DNA of 64,000 bases from Octopus sinensis (GCF_006345805.1 NC_043008.1:12896001-12960000), one strand, 5' to 3'; shown: positions 1-13,234, counted from the stretch's first letter. The notes: generated from the sequence alone by a model not told the origin. Translations and numbers: made by a program.

Positions 1-272
1 TTAGGGCTATGCAGAATATTAAAGGTGAAAGTGATTCACCTTGAAAAATTCCACAGTTGATGTTTATATTTTCTGATGCAAGTACTCCATTAGAATGGTA
101 TAATTGGAGATTCGTATTCCACAACGACATATTGTGCTTCAGGAAGTTTGAAATCACAGGGGAAATTTTGAAGATGTCCAGCGATCTCAAGATCCATGGA
201 TGCGGTATACTGTCGAAGGCCTTTTTATAGTCAATCCATGCGGTGTTGAGATTTCTGCGCTTGTTGTGACAG

Positions 273-273
<1 letters not shown>
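1..273 (-). mobile_element. R4/Dong-type RLE non-LTR retrotransposon, RT fragment (5'-truncated, continues off the left edge)
   Basis: Manual minus-strand translation is open: CHNKRRNLNTAWIDYKKAFDSIPHPWILRSLDIFKISPVISNFLKHNMSLWNTNLQLYHSNGVLASENININCGIFQGESLSPLIFCIAL. It carries the RT motifs WIDYKKAFDS and GIFQG-S-LSP and abuts (TAT)n. Not in the ORF track (no start codon). Confidence 0.88.
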
Positions 274-358
<85 letters not shown>

Positions 359-569
359 AGTTTTATTTTTATAGCGTGCTGTCACTTCACTACCGAGCGC
401 AGCTCTGTGTGCCTTGGATATGTGGTGTGATTTGTTGTGATGCTCTGATGGTTATTGTATGGAAAGTGTTCTGCGTAGGATGTGTGCAGTGCCTAGTAGT
501 GCAATTTTCTGTATGTTATATGTGTGTGGTAAGTCCTAGTGTTTTTGTTATGTATTATTATTATTATTA

Positions 570-612
<43 letters not shown>

Positions 613-619
613 GTTGTTA

Positions 620-684
<65 letters not shown>

Positions 685-742
685 TATTATTATTACTATT
701 ACTATTATATTATTATTATTATTATTGTAATTATTATTATTT

Positions 743-773
<31 letters not shown>

Positions 774-781
774 TATCACTT
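274..781. repeat. (TAT/TAA)n microsatellite, interrupted by a retrotransposon 3' end
   Basis: Direct reading; interrupted at 355-556. Confidence 0.95.
355..556 (-). mobile_element. ~200-bp 3' end of the Dong/R4 family seen at 53214-55370
   Basis: Near-identical to 53214-53414 (cag-gagttttatttttatagcgtgc...gtttttgttatgtatt); (TAT)n on both sides. Confidence 0.92.
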
Positions 782-1033
782 AAAACTGTTCGATTCGTCA
801 AATTCTCCTACGCTCTTCCTTTCGTTCGTCGATACACTCGTGTGTTTTGTGATTGGATGTATATATATATATATATATATATGTACATCCATAAATTTGG
901 GATTTATGGCGGGTCAAAGTTGGGAACAAAAACATGGCAATACAGACATAAAAGGATAGCGAACGGAAACAATCATGGAAGGTCGTTAGACCAGGACCCG
1001 TGGAAAATATTGAACGCTGGGAGAAATATTTTC

Positions 1034-1330
1034 TTTACTCGAGGCAATCGACCCCAGTACTTATCCTTTGTATGCCTAGTAATATTCTGTCACGCTTCTT
1101 TTTCCGAACCGCTATGTTACGGGGACGTAAACACCCCACCATCGGTTGTCAAGCGATGTTGGTGGGGTGGACAAACACAGACACACAAACATACATACAC
1201 ACACACATACATACATACCCCGAGAAAATAGTAGTAGACACTTGCCGAAATTGCTATGCAGTTTTCAGCGAACCCGGAACTAAGTGGCTGCCAATCAAGC
1301 CACTTAAACACAGTCACTCCTGCGCTTATA
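1034..1330 (-). mobile_element. tRNA-derived SINE family A, degenerate
   Basis: Shares gaaccgcta..ggggacgtaaacac..gttgtcaagc and the head cactcctgcgc(c/t)tat with 10753-11135, 27019-27491 and 60387-60831. Confidence 0.8.
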
Positions 1331-1436
1331 AGTAAAATTTTAACTAGATCTCTTTTAATTTCTGGAAGAGATTCTAAACCACCAGCTACGTGTTGTATTA
1401 CTACTTCTCAACACTCATGCCTACCGGGTCACCAAT

Positions 1437-1452
1437 TATATATATATATATA

Positions 1453-1494
<42 letters not shown>

Positions 1495-1547
1495 TGTGGT
1501 GTGTGTATGTAATAATTATATATTTTATTACATACATATATATATAT

Positions 1548-1603
<56 letters not shown>

Positions 1604-1737
1604 TATATCATATATATATGTGTGTATATATATACATATATATATATTATGTGAATATATATATATATATAATATATAAAATTATGTATATATATATATA
1701 TATATATAAGCTTACATACATACAAATATATACATAC

Positions 1738-1769
<32 letters not shown>

Positions 1770-1800
1770 GTATGTATGTATGTTTGTATATTGATGTATG

Positions 1801-1835
<35 letters not shown>

Positions 1836-1880
1836 TATATTATTATATATTAATATGTATATATCTGTATGTATGTATGC
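1437..1880. repeat. (TA)n/(TG)n/(TATG)n compound microsatellite (one of many in the window)
   Basis: Direct reading. Similar blocks at 9540-9780, 13110-13400, 15520-15910, 23520-23810, 25070-25440, 34790-35050, 37360-37830, 40790-40935, 57730-57920, 62020-62620. Confidence 0.95.
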
Positions 1881-3409
1881 ACGCACATAAATTCATGGAA
1901 ACACAAATACACGCATACAAACATATATATTCATATAATATGATATTACAATATTAATATTTTAATCTAACTTTCAGTTATGGTCTACAAGTAGTAATCC
2001 AGTTATTGCTATGTTGTCAAGAATTGTTTTTGATGTTGCCGCTGGTATTGAAATGTGTATAATTCTTAGCGTAATCTCAGAAGTATATTTTCTGTTACTT
2101 AGAATTGTTACTCAGGTAATGTTATTTGAAATTAGTTTGTGTGCACACACAGTTATCTTCTTTTAAAAAGTCTACGTTTATATGAATAACATCCGAAGGG
2201 GTTTTACAAACGAAAACTAAATATTAATTTTATGTAATAATACATTTCGAAACTTGGTCCGGCTGTAACCGAAGCATTAGATGATTACTATAGAAGAAAG
2301 AGGAAGGAAGAGTGCACAGTTTGTAAAGAATTGATCGTATCTGGAAGGCTTTGAAAATTAAGTTCCTTAAACTGTATAATTTAATGTATTTCATAAATTA
2401 GTATTTGACGCGAGAATAGTGTATAATATGAAAGTGAAAATTGTTATTGTCGTTCGACATTTCAAGTAGAATATTTGATGAAAGTCTTTTATTGATATTC
2501 CAGGCGCATTAGAAGCAAATCCCTAAAGATTCGGCTGATTCACTGACTAAATCATTCTGTTTTTGCAAGTGAGCCGTTTCCCAGCTAGATAAAACTAGTT
2601 ATAATGAAATATTTATAATAGAAGTTATAATAGTGAGAATCTAATAAACCGCCATGTCAATATTTTTGCTTGGTATTTTTTCGTGTTGAAGCGGAAACTA
2701 ACCATCGTCCTCCATTATAAAAGTAGAGATTTAATGAAACGCTACGTTACGCGTACACCATTAGAACAACGCAAACACATGCTTTTCTAATTTCTTAAAA
2801 TTCGTTCTTCCCTTTCTTTGAGATAGACCAGATGTTATACGCAACGAACTCAGAGATTTCCGAATGCTAACAGTGAATTCAGATGGGGTGTATTGTTAGC
2901 GTATTTGCTAAAGCTATAAGCATTTCTTGGGTGGTACGTCTCAAAGTCACTCAGAAATTTGAAGTAAAATAAATAATACGACTTGAACGATCATTTAACA
3001 AGTACACCTTAAGTACAGAGATTTTGTTGTTGGTTTCAGTTTCCTAATACTAAACATCCACAGGAAATGATTGTATGTTTAGTCCCCACGACATGATATA
3101 TAATATTCGCATTCAAACTTGGGTTGTATCCTAGATTTAAGAATATATTTATATTACGAAATACTTTTATGTCTTAAATATCAGAAAAAATGATTAAATA
3201 ATTTATAATGTGGGCGGTTGCACTGTACCTGCTCTCTGTCAAACAGTCAATGAATAGACATAGCCCTAAGGAGAAAACCATGTGCATTACATTATAGTGA
3301 AATATTGTACTTATATGTCTGCAGTCATTTTTAGGCGTGTATGTGGAAGATGCGTATATTTGTATAAATGTACGTGTGAACGTCTATCCAGCCTTCCATT
3401 TCTCTCTGT

Positions 3410-3610
<201 letters not shown>

Positions 3611-3809
3611 AACTTCTTCAAGTATCACTTGAAGAAGAAAGTGAGAGTAGAGAGGCAAGTTTTGTCTAGTGAATGTTTTAAAAAAAGATGGGTGAATGTA
3701 GCAAGGATGGGATATATGAATGACGAAGCCACCTTGATTTGATTCTATGAACCGTAAAAATTAATACAGAGAGTTGCTTATTTGCAAAAAAAAAAAAAAA
3801 AGAAATATA

Positions 3810-4133
3810 TCATGTGACTTCTTTCACCGAGGTTACCGTGGTCTTTTCCGTGGGCTTTTCTTTCCACGGGTAAACCTCACCTGTCCTCCCCTTTACACTT
3901 CATATTGACATTTCTGTTATAACGATCCCTATTGATCAAATTTTTCTTTCTTTCCTTTTTCCCCACCTTTTTTTTTAAATTTTATTTTATGCCCCCTTTT
4001 TTTGTCCTCTTTCTTTCCATTTACGATCCCTTTTGATCGAAAACCAAACCCCCTTCTTTTACCCCCAAAAGAAAAGCTCTACCTTGTAATTTTATCCTGT
4101 CTGTGTGCAGCCCTGTGTGGCTAATAAAGAAAC

Positions 4134-4135
<2 letters not shown>
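3810..4135 (+). mobile_element. 3' end of a dispersed repeat (probably a non-LTR retrotransposon 3' UTR) ending aataaagaaa + (TATC)n
   Basis: Its last ~120 bp (tttacgatccc..gatcgaaaacc..cccccaaaagaaaag.tctaccttgtaa..ctgtgtgcagccctgtgtgg.caataaagaaac) recur at 6484-6603; both copies are followed by (TATC)n. Clade not determinable. Confidence 0.6.
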
Positions 4136-4169
<34 letters not shown>

Positions 4170-6369
4170 GTATATGTGTGTGTCTTGGTATTTATCAATC
4201 TGTGTATGCCCGTATCTATGTATGTATGTGTGTGTCAGTGTGAGTTTGTGTGTGTATTTGTCTGTCTGTGTATTCTTTAATTGGTTGTTACCGTTTACCA
4301 AATGTATTCCATTTCGGTGAACATGAAAAAGAATCTGATCACAGCATTAATGGCGTTAGATAGTATTAATATTCCACAGCATGTATTTAAGTAACACAAA
4401 CGACGAGGAGGAGGAGGAGGAGGTAGATGTTGCACTTTAAGAAAACACATGCATATTTCATTGGTTCGTCTAACAGATTGTAACAGACTGTAAATTACTT
4501 TCACAGCTCACTTTCTATGAATGAAAATCCTTACTTTTAGCGATTACAATTGCGAAAGTTAGTAACATAAACGTGTGTTGCTATAACTCTAAGTGTAAAT
4601 GTAAATTTTAAACCTAACGCGTCGAACTTGTTCATGTGCATGATTTTCTCACTGCTTTTGTAAGAACTTTCACATCCGCAGAGAATCTTACTTTCACATC
4701 TGTACATAATTTTTCTTTTCGATGCCAGACAATTGTATTAATTCTATTGTGTTTGCATTTGACGGATGTATTTAATCAAATGGTCTACTAAACACAATGG
4801 GTAGAAACGCATGTATGTATTTACTTAACACTAAGTATTTCTCTATTTACTTAACACTAGGTATTTGTGTATTTGCTCTAGAGCAAGTTATCCTTTGAAT
4901 ATCATTATGTATTATTATGCTACATAAATTGTATTTAAGGGAAGCATTTGTTGTATGTGTACTACATGCAATAAAATCGTGACTTTATCGAAATTTTCTG
5001 TTGCACTTCGGCTTCAAGATACTTACCGTCTCTTTTGTTCAAAAGACAATGTTAACTGTTTCCTGGTCTCGGATTCCTAGAGAACAAAATTCGAAATATA
5101 ATCTCGCGTCACGAGTTCAATACTGATGCCCATATCATAATCCTTTTAGATTATGAGGTCTTTCAAACAAGTCTATTTGGCTCCTCCTAAAGAACATCTT
5201 TGATTCACCCCTGACATGTTTGACCTGAGATATGTTATTGTTTCTCTTGTTTTACTATATCTCTTGTTCTATCCATCCATACTGTCTCCCCGTTTATATG
5301 CGAACATAGGTCATCATGTTTATTAAGAAAGAGTAAGCGTTTATGTCACCCGTGTTAATAAACCGTAACTTCCCCCGTATCTCTTTCTACCAGTATGTAC
5401 ATCTGTATATACTACTGCTCACATGCGCGTGTGTGGTTGCTTCCAGCCACAAAAGCACCATAACCAAAACACGTTGAATATCCAGTCAGCCGTATCAAAT
5501 CGTTAGCGTCCAAACAACTGCGCCCGATCGTCTCATTCTGAACTTTTAAGCGAGTTTTATGTTTTTTATATTTCGGATTCCTTTTTACTTGTACAACAGA
5601 ATATATTTTCATCCATCACTAAGAAACCGAAGGCAGCCTTCTTTGATGTTGCAGAAATAGTCATGTCTTATGCATAAATTTTTGCTGCACAGGTTTATAA
5701 TTCCTCCACATTTTACAGTCACACGTGTATGTTAAACTCTGTCAAAATAATATCACCTTTCACTATGTTTGAAACAGCTCAAGGTTTTCCAACATAGCAT
5801 TACATTTTTCGCAGATACACAGTTCCGAAATTAAATCAGAAACAGATTCTATTGTCACCGATAGGGAAAAATACGGCAGCGGTATAGTTCAATAAGTCAA
5901 CCGATCTGTGATTCTGGTTATGCTTGTAGAGACACCGGTATCATATTTGCTTGCGAAATTTGAAGGTTACGTAACTCGCTCACAAGAAGACAAACCAATC
6001 TGACGCCTATTTGTTTGCATGCGAATGTTATCGCTACGTAACCGATATGTCGTTGAAGATAATGATTTTCTCTCAGCTTTTCGAAATCTATGATAGCAAT
6101 TTTCTTGCTTTGTTTCCGTTTGTTTTATTTCTTTTACTTCATCCAAAAGTCTGCCAAGTAATTGTTGAAACGACATATAAATAAACACTCATTTGCCAAA
6201 ATAAAGGAATATTTCCATGCTTAAATATACTGCCTATATCGCCAATAGCATTCATTAGGAACTAAGTAGTTCTTTATTAAATCCTAGTAAAATATAGTCT
6301 CTCTCTGTATGTACGTATGCCTATCTATATATCTATCTAGCGATCGATCTACCTTCCTATCTATCTATG

Positions 6370-6603
6370 TATCTATTACTCTTTTCTTTTGTTCCTTTTC
6401 CCCTTTCTTTTTTTTTTTTTATTCTTTTTATTTTTTATTCTATTTATTTTTTTCATATTTTATTTTGTTGTTCTTTTCTTCCCTTTTACGATCCCTCTTG
6501 ATCGAAAACCTACGCCACCCCCTTTTTTTCATCCCCCAAAAGAAAAGTTCTACCTTGTAACTTGTCCCATCTGTGTGCAGCCCTGTGTGGCCAATAAAGA
6601 AAC
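6370..6603 (+). mobile_element. Second copy of the (TATC)n-tailed repeat 3' end
   Basis: Matches 4017-4135; followed by (TATC)n at ~6605-6705. Confidence 0.6.
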
Positions 6604-6790
<187 letters not shown>

Positions 6791-6886
6791 TCGGCATTCT
6801 TAATTATCACTTAGACATTTAGTCACAATACCAAGTCTACCATTTATTAGTGATGTCAATATATGTATGTATGCATGTATGTATGT

Positions 6887-7441
6887 CATTATTCAGTTTA
6901 TTTCAACATTTCTTGCCAATAAAGAACCGGTTTCTAACCTAGATCCAAGGTGTCTTCATTGGAATTTCAACATCAGCAACAGGGTATTTTTGCATGTGTG
7001 TATGTATGTATTTATTTATGTATGTATGAATGAATGTATGTATGTGCAGATTTGTATATTGTATATATGTATTCTCATGCATATAGTTACATATCTAGAC
7101 ATGCTCATATATATTTAAATGATAAACTTCTGGTAAGTTTTACATATTTTTAGAATACCAGTGATGGATTGGATCTGTAGCCTTCGAATTAGCTTTCTCC
7201 CCTCTGGTTTTGAGAAGCCTAATTTCTCAAGATTGGTATTTAGGCAGTGTTATATATATCCCACGGCCCCAATAATTACAGGCATAAACCTGAATTTATA
7301 ATCTGGATAGAGTAACTGCAGATTTCGCAATAGTTCAGCAAAGGTGTTCTCTTTTTCACCGATCTTCAACTTTGTGTTAACATCCGCTGGACAACTAATT
7401 TCCTCAACTGTGCACAGTTTCGCTTCTTTATCCCAAATCAA
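6887..7441 (-). mobile_element. 5'-truncated RLE-type (R2 superfamily) non-LTR retrotransposon, second family: endonuclease C-terminus + 3' UTR
   Basis: ORF 7250-7441 IWDKEAKLCTVEEISCPADVNTKLKIGEKENTFAELLRNLQLLYPDYKFRFMPVIIGAVGY continues after a frameshift as HCLNTNLEKLGFSKPEGRKLIRRLQIQSITGILKICKTYQKFII*. This fits the C-terminal half of a PD-(D/E)xK RLE domain (E..K..Y, PVIIGA). Flanked by (TATG)n. Confidence 0.75.
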
Positions 7442-7955
7442 TATATTAGATATGTATGTATGTATTTAAGTATGTATGTATGTATGTATGTATGTATGTA
7501 TGTATGTATGTATGTATGTATGTATGTATGTATTCCAGAATGTATTCCTTTGTATGTTACAATTTATATACCTTAACATACGCATGTTCCTATGACTACA
7601 CAGATGCATGCTCACTTCTTATCGAGTAAATTTCCTGAATGTTTTACGTGTTAACACATTTCCGTCGATGCTATAAAACTGTAATTTCCTAACTAGCTGT
7701 GTTGTTGCGGATTTTGTAAACATCACCTTTCTCGTGACTATTGCTAAAGCAGTTAGTTACATATCCAAACAATGCAATAATTACAGGTGTAAATCTGAAA
7801 CTACAATGAAGCTAAATTACCTGTATGTTTGTGACTGGGTCGTACCTATGTTTAGCGTAATGCTATCATCTGTAGGTTAACTAAATTGCACTAATATGCA
7901 CACGTTTGCTTCCTTGCTGAAGATTAAATCTAGTCTGTTTATGCCTGCTTTGAGA

Positions 7956-8600
7956 AAGATTTTGGTAGGACTCTACCGCTGATTTATGAGAGAGAGAGAG
8001 AAGCCCCTTTATTTTTCAACCTCACTGGAATGTTTCATACCCTTAACTTTTCGTTCGCGATATACTACTTTGGTTATGAGAATGATAGGAGTTTCAGAGA
8101 GTTATTCCTCATATTGGTCACATCATTCGTGTTCATACCCCAGAGTTATATACAAATTGTATATAACCAGATTCTTTTAGTCGGTGGTTTAAGCAATCTT
8201 TAATGGCTGACAAACTTACATGAATCCTATTTCTTCTGTATGATACAGTTATGTATTGAATATTGCTAATATTATTATCTCTGTGATTCACATGTATAAG
8301 TGAATTTATAGAATAAACCAGATAGTAAAGTGTCTTGGCAAATAATTGAATTAACTGGAGTCGTATCATATGTGGTGCGAGATATTACACAGAGTTCAGA
8401 GAGATTTTGGTAGGACTCTGCCACTGATTTCCGAGAGAGAGAGAGAGAAAGTCCTTTATGTTTCAATGTCACTGCAAATTTTCATACCCTTAATGTCAAC
8501 CCTTTCCAGTGACATACTACTTCGATTATGAGAATTAAAGGATTTTGAGACAATTACTCCTTGTATGGGTCACATCATTGGTGTTCGTTCGTCAGAGTCT
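7956..8600 (+). repeat. Local direct repeat (~200 bp x2) separated by a ~250-bp segment that recurs at 11780-12029
   Basis: agattttggtaggactct..ctgattt..gagagagagagaga..ttcataccctta..ggtcacatcatt at ~7956 and ~8402; middle segment 8146-8398. Confidence 0.8.
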
Positions 8601-8860
8601 GAATCGATTGTTTCATTATGGCGTTTACTATTTGCCCACCCGGTATTTTGTTACAATTTGCTGTAATCAAAGTTCAAATGCTTACCTTGAAAGTGAGAAT
8701 TGTCGTAAAGTTTGTCGCGTTTAAGATAACCTAGGTCGGTTATCTATGTTTCTGTCACTTTGAAGCTCTCAGGTAACAACCATGAATTTCATTCTGTCGA
8801 TAAGGGAAAATCTCTTCAGAAAATCTGGTGAAAAGATCGCTGAAGTAAAGTTCTGTGTGT

Positions 8861-8896
<36 letters not shown>

Positions 8897-8901
<5 letters not shown>

Positions 8902-9110
8902 TAATCCAAACATGAAACCACAAAGAGAAAACACAACAACGCCAGGACATAGAACAAATATAGTATTATTGGATGCTCAGGAAGGAAGGGAAGAAGGGGC
9001 GTTTTACGTTTCGAGCGGAGCTCTTCGTCAGAAATATAGGAATAGGAAAGATCCAGAGAAGAGAACACGGAGGAAAAATATCGCCAACGGTACACACGCG
9101 GTCTGCTATA
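8897..9110 (-). mobile_element. Short Penelope-like/retrozyme-like element carrying an HHR, abutting (TA)n
   Basis: Begins directly after (TA)n and contains the HHR at 9002-9034. Far boundary approximate. Confidence 0.6.
9002..9034 (-). ncRNA. Minimal type I hammerhead ribozyme motif
   Basis: Minus strand UUU-CUGACGA-A-GAGC-UCC-GCUC-GAAA-CG-UA-AAA. Complete core, 4-bp stem II, palindromic ACGU stem III, GUA site, but only 3-bp stem I. Confidence 0.7.
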
Positions 9111-9621
9111 TGTAACCACCTGCCTGCAATTCATAAGTTGGAGAAAGCATGGCTGTATATAAATATACATAAATAATTTTCTGAATGCTGATATAAAATT
9201 CTAACAGAATTATCTCTAATTCTCAGTGTTTAATGAACTGATAGTATAGTGAACAATTTGGAGAATTAATGGGAGAAAAACATGATTATCATACACCTTA
9301 TGTATTTATTGCAGAATATAGAATATAGAATATTAAATACGTATGTATATTATTGCAAACCTACTGTGGTATCCGTCTGGTTCGTTTGAAACTCATACTA
9401 CCATAACTACAGAAGAAACTATTATGCCGCCAACCGTTTATCCGTTCACACACAAACATACACGCATCCACACACAAATAACGAATGTATTCTCATACCC
9501 ATCACTTATACATATGTTTGTATGTGTGTATGCACGTGTGTATATGTACATATATACATATATATGTATATACATATATATGTATATTAATATATATAAT
9601 ATATATACATATGTATATAGA

Positions 9622-9673
<52 letters not shown>

Positions 9674-10752
9674 TATATACAAGTATTCTATATATGTATA
9701 TATATGTATATCTATGTATATATATATATATCTATATATATATATATATCTATATTATATATATATATATATATATGTATCTTGTTCTTCATCCTTTCTG
9801 GTTTTCACTCCCAACCTTCCCTATTCTTCTCTCTCTCTTACTCCTCCTCCTCCTCCTCGACTCTCTCGTCACTGACACGTGATCAGAGGGAAGCCATCTT
9901 TCCGACTGCTATCTTCACCAAGACCAGACCAGTTTATTCTGTCTCTTTCAAAGCTGTCTCCTTAAACGTTCAGAATAATTTTTCTATCGTCTTGGCTTAA
10001 CAGCCCTCATCGTTTGTTTTTACTATTTTATACTAATTCTTTTTGTCATTACTCTTTATACTTTTTTATTGTTTTTATTGTCTTGTTTTGTTCTCACTGT
10101 CCTGTTCTTGTTACCACTTTTACCCTCCGCAGAAAATGCATTAAAATATTACACAACAGCACATATCCATATTAAACTATACATATATACATCAACATAC
10201 ACAGATAGTTGCGCGCAGACCACATACATATACAGACGTATAACTAAAAAGCTAAAATATACACACAAATGCATGTACACATATGTAAACGCAATTTAGT
10301 TCGCATGCAAAATCATTGTATAGTTTAATATGAATATGTGCTGTTGTGTAATATTTTAATGCATTTTAACATTTTATTTTCAATTTCCATGTATTAATTA
10401 TATTTCCTTTATTAATGACAATATGTTTTTTAACCAAAGATTCGATGTAAGGTTTTTTCCTCGAATTTTATAATTTTTTATATATATATATATATATTTT
10501 GAGCTCATTTTTGTTTATTGCTCGAAAATTGACCGGTATTTGTAAAGGACCAATCAAATAACTCCATCTTTAAAGGTGTAGCGTTTATACTAGTCTGGAT
10601 AGAATTGACATATCGGTTCTATTCTAGCAAAAAACTGTCCGGTGAACGGCAACGCGAAACTCAGAGTAACAGGTTTTGTAGAATTTTCTGCTGCTTTAAA
10701 TAAAGCATATTACTCTACCACTGGTATTTGAGTACTCTTTTTATCCACATTA

Positions 10753-10963
10753 CTCTTTTATTCTTTTACTTGTTTCAGTCATTTGACTGCGGCCATGCTG
10801 GAGCACCGCCTTGAATCGAGCAACTCGACCCCGGGACTTATTCTTTTGTAAGCCCAGTACTTATTCTATCGGTCTCTTTTTGCCGAACCGCTAAGTGACG
10901 GGGACGTAAACACACCAGCATTGGCTGTCAAGCAATGCTAGGGGAACAAACACAGACACACAA

Positions 10964-11000
<37 letters not shown>

Positions 11001-11135
11001 CGACAGGCTTCTTTCAGTTTCCGTCTACCAAATCCATTCACAAGGCATTGCCCAAGATGCCACGCAAGGGGTCTGAACCCGGAACCATGTCGTTGGTTAG
11101 CAAGCTCCTTACCACACAGCCACTCCTGCGCCTAT
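10753..11135 (-). mobile_element. tRNA-derived SINE family A, near full length
   Basis: Head ataggcgcaggagtggctgtgtggtaag..ggttcag (Pol III A/B box-like), central (CA/TA)n, tail gactgaaacaagtaaaaga. Confidence 0.88.
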
Positions 11136-11215
11136 GTATCACATTTATGTGTTTACTCCGGTATATACATATATATATAGATATATATGCATATATCTAC
11201 ATGTATACACACACA

Positions 11216-11278
<63 letters not shown>

Positions 11279-11779
11279 CATATACATTGTATGAGTCTGC
11301 ATGTGTAGAAGCGCGTTTTGCTTACACACGACAAAAACATGAATTATTCAAATGTCTGCATATTATGTACTACATATGTCTGAGGGTTTCACTCTTATGC
11401 TCATTTTTCATTGAAAAAGTTCATTAAAAAAATACATTGAATTGCAAATCACAAAAAAATGAAAAGAAAACAGGTTATTAGATATTGTCATGTTAATGAA
11501 TTAATCTTCGCCGTAATTGTGTTTGTTTAATGAGAACCATAACATTCACCCATAAATGATAGAGTAAATAAAACTGATGATAATGTAGGCAGGCATTGGT
11601 AATTGACACAAAATTTGTATAAAACTGTTTACTTTGTCATTAATTAAGCCTTCATATCATTAGCGTTCATACGACAGTTTTATACAAAAAATATATTACT
11701 GCAATTAACACCTAACTTCCTCTACCGCTTATTCTTCCTCTCTGCTATAAATTCTATTAACCCAGTTTATTTAGTGTTA

Positions 11780-12029
11780 TTATATACAAATTATATATAA
11801 CCAAATTCTTTTAGTCAGTGGTTTAAGCAATCTTTAATGGCTGACAAACTTACATGAATAATATTTCGTCTGTGTGATACAGTTATGTATTAAATATTGA
11901 CATTATTATTATGTCTGAGATTCACATGGAAAAGTGAGGTTATAGAATAAACCAGAGAATAAAGTGTCTTGGCAAATAATTGAATTAACTGGAGTCGTAT
12001 CATATGTGGTGCGAGATATTACACAGAGT
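11780..12029 (+). repeat. Dispersed ~250-bp duplicate of 8146-8398
   Basis: Long identical runs, e.g. aaagtgtcttggcaaataattgaattaactggagtcgtatcatatgtggtgcgagatattacacagagtt. Confidence 0.9.
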
Positions 12030-12444
12030 TGGTGTTATATTGTGTAAAAGTACGCCAACACCACGGTAAGAAATTCTCATTTTTTTATGTTGACGCTGAA
12101 AGGAGTTCATGAGCCTCTATGCGAATATACCGAGCGACACTTGACAGCATTTGCTAGTCACACAGTAAAACACAAAGTCTGGTAACTTAGACTTCATATT
12201 ACAAATAAAGTCTTAAGCAATCTTGTCAGTCCTTGTCTCTTTATAGATAGTATGCATATTCATCGCTGCAATCGTATGCATACATACATACATACATACA
12301 TACATACATACATACATACATACATACATACATACATACATACATACATACATAAGATAGTGGTACAACAATGCATCAATATTTACTAGAAATAGCATTC
12401 GAGATTATACGACGCTATAGTAAAGCTTCACTGTATATATACAT

Positions 12445-12522
<78 letters not shown>

Positions 12523-12559
12523 GATATGTATAAAATGAAATAAATGAAAAACAGGACAC

Positions 12560-12647
12560 AAGGATGTTTCGAGCTTTATAGAACAACTTATTCTTACATC
12601 AATATATAAACGACATAACAGATAGTTCAAAAGCCCTCTTCAGCCGC
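12560..12647 (-). ncRNA. Hammerhead ribozyme motif with long stem II (slightly decayed)
   Basis: Minus strand CUGAAGA-GGGCUUUUGAAC-(loop)-GUUCUAUAAAGCUC-GAAA-CA-UC. ACAU may be CpG-decayed ACGU; stem I is weak. Lies ~40 nt from (TA)n at 12521. Confidence 0.55.
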
Positions 12648-12815
12648 ATGCAATTGCTAAACCAAAGACTTTATGAAAGGTTTGAGAAAAAACATTTGGT
12701 ATTGTTATAATGGTAGGTAAACCGAGTATCACTGGGAAAGTATGTTTGTAAATCTTCATAGGCGTACATCCTATTATTAGACTCCAAATCAAATCGTCTA
12801 TACCGTTTTCTCACT

Positions 12816-12861
<46 letters not shown>

Positions 12862-12867
<6 letters not shown>

Positions 12868-12946
12868 CCTGATACGATTGATGCCTTATTCCACATTATT
12901 CATCCTCTCGGATTTATTTTAATGCATCTAACGAAACATGTGTCGG
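12862..12946 (+). ncRNA. Degenerate hammerhead ribozyme motif
   Basis: ccUCC-CUGAUAC-GAUUGAUGC...GCAUCUAAC-GAAA-CAUGUG-UC-GG. The 3' half GAAACAUGUGUCG matches the 59345-59432 motif; the 5' core is damaged. Confidence 0.4.
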
Positions 12947-13234
12947 TGATATGATGATTTAAATTCTTTAAATAACGTCTTGGGCATTTGTCTCCGTTTT
13001 CCATTATTCTTCTATTCTCCTGAACTTGTCTCGCTTCTCCCCAGAATTAAATTCCATGCAAGTGGGATTTTTGATTCTTAGGACCCCTATGTGACATCTT
13101 CCACCTTGTATATGTATGTATGTATATATATATATATATATTATAATATAATATATATATATACATATATATATGTGTGTGTGTATATATATGTATGTAT
13201 ATATATGTTTGTGTAATATGTATATATATGTATG

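Noticed and set aside
5412-6188. Two short minus-strand ORFs in unique sequence
   Set aside because: No motif recognised in any frame; frequent stops.
8785-8822. CTGAAGA on the minus strand as an HHR core
   Set aside because: No proper stem II-GAAA-stem III arrangement.
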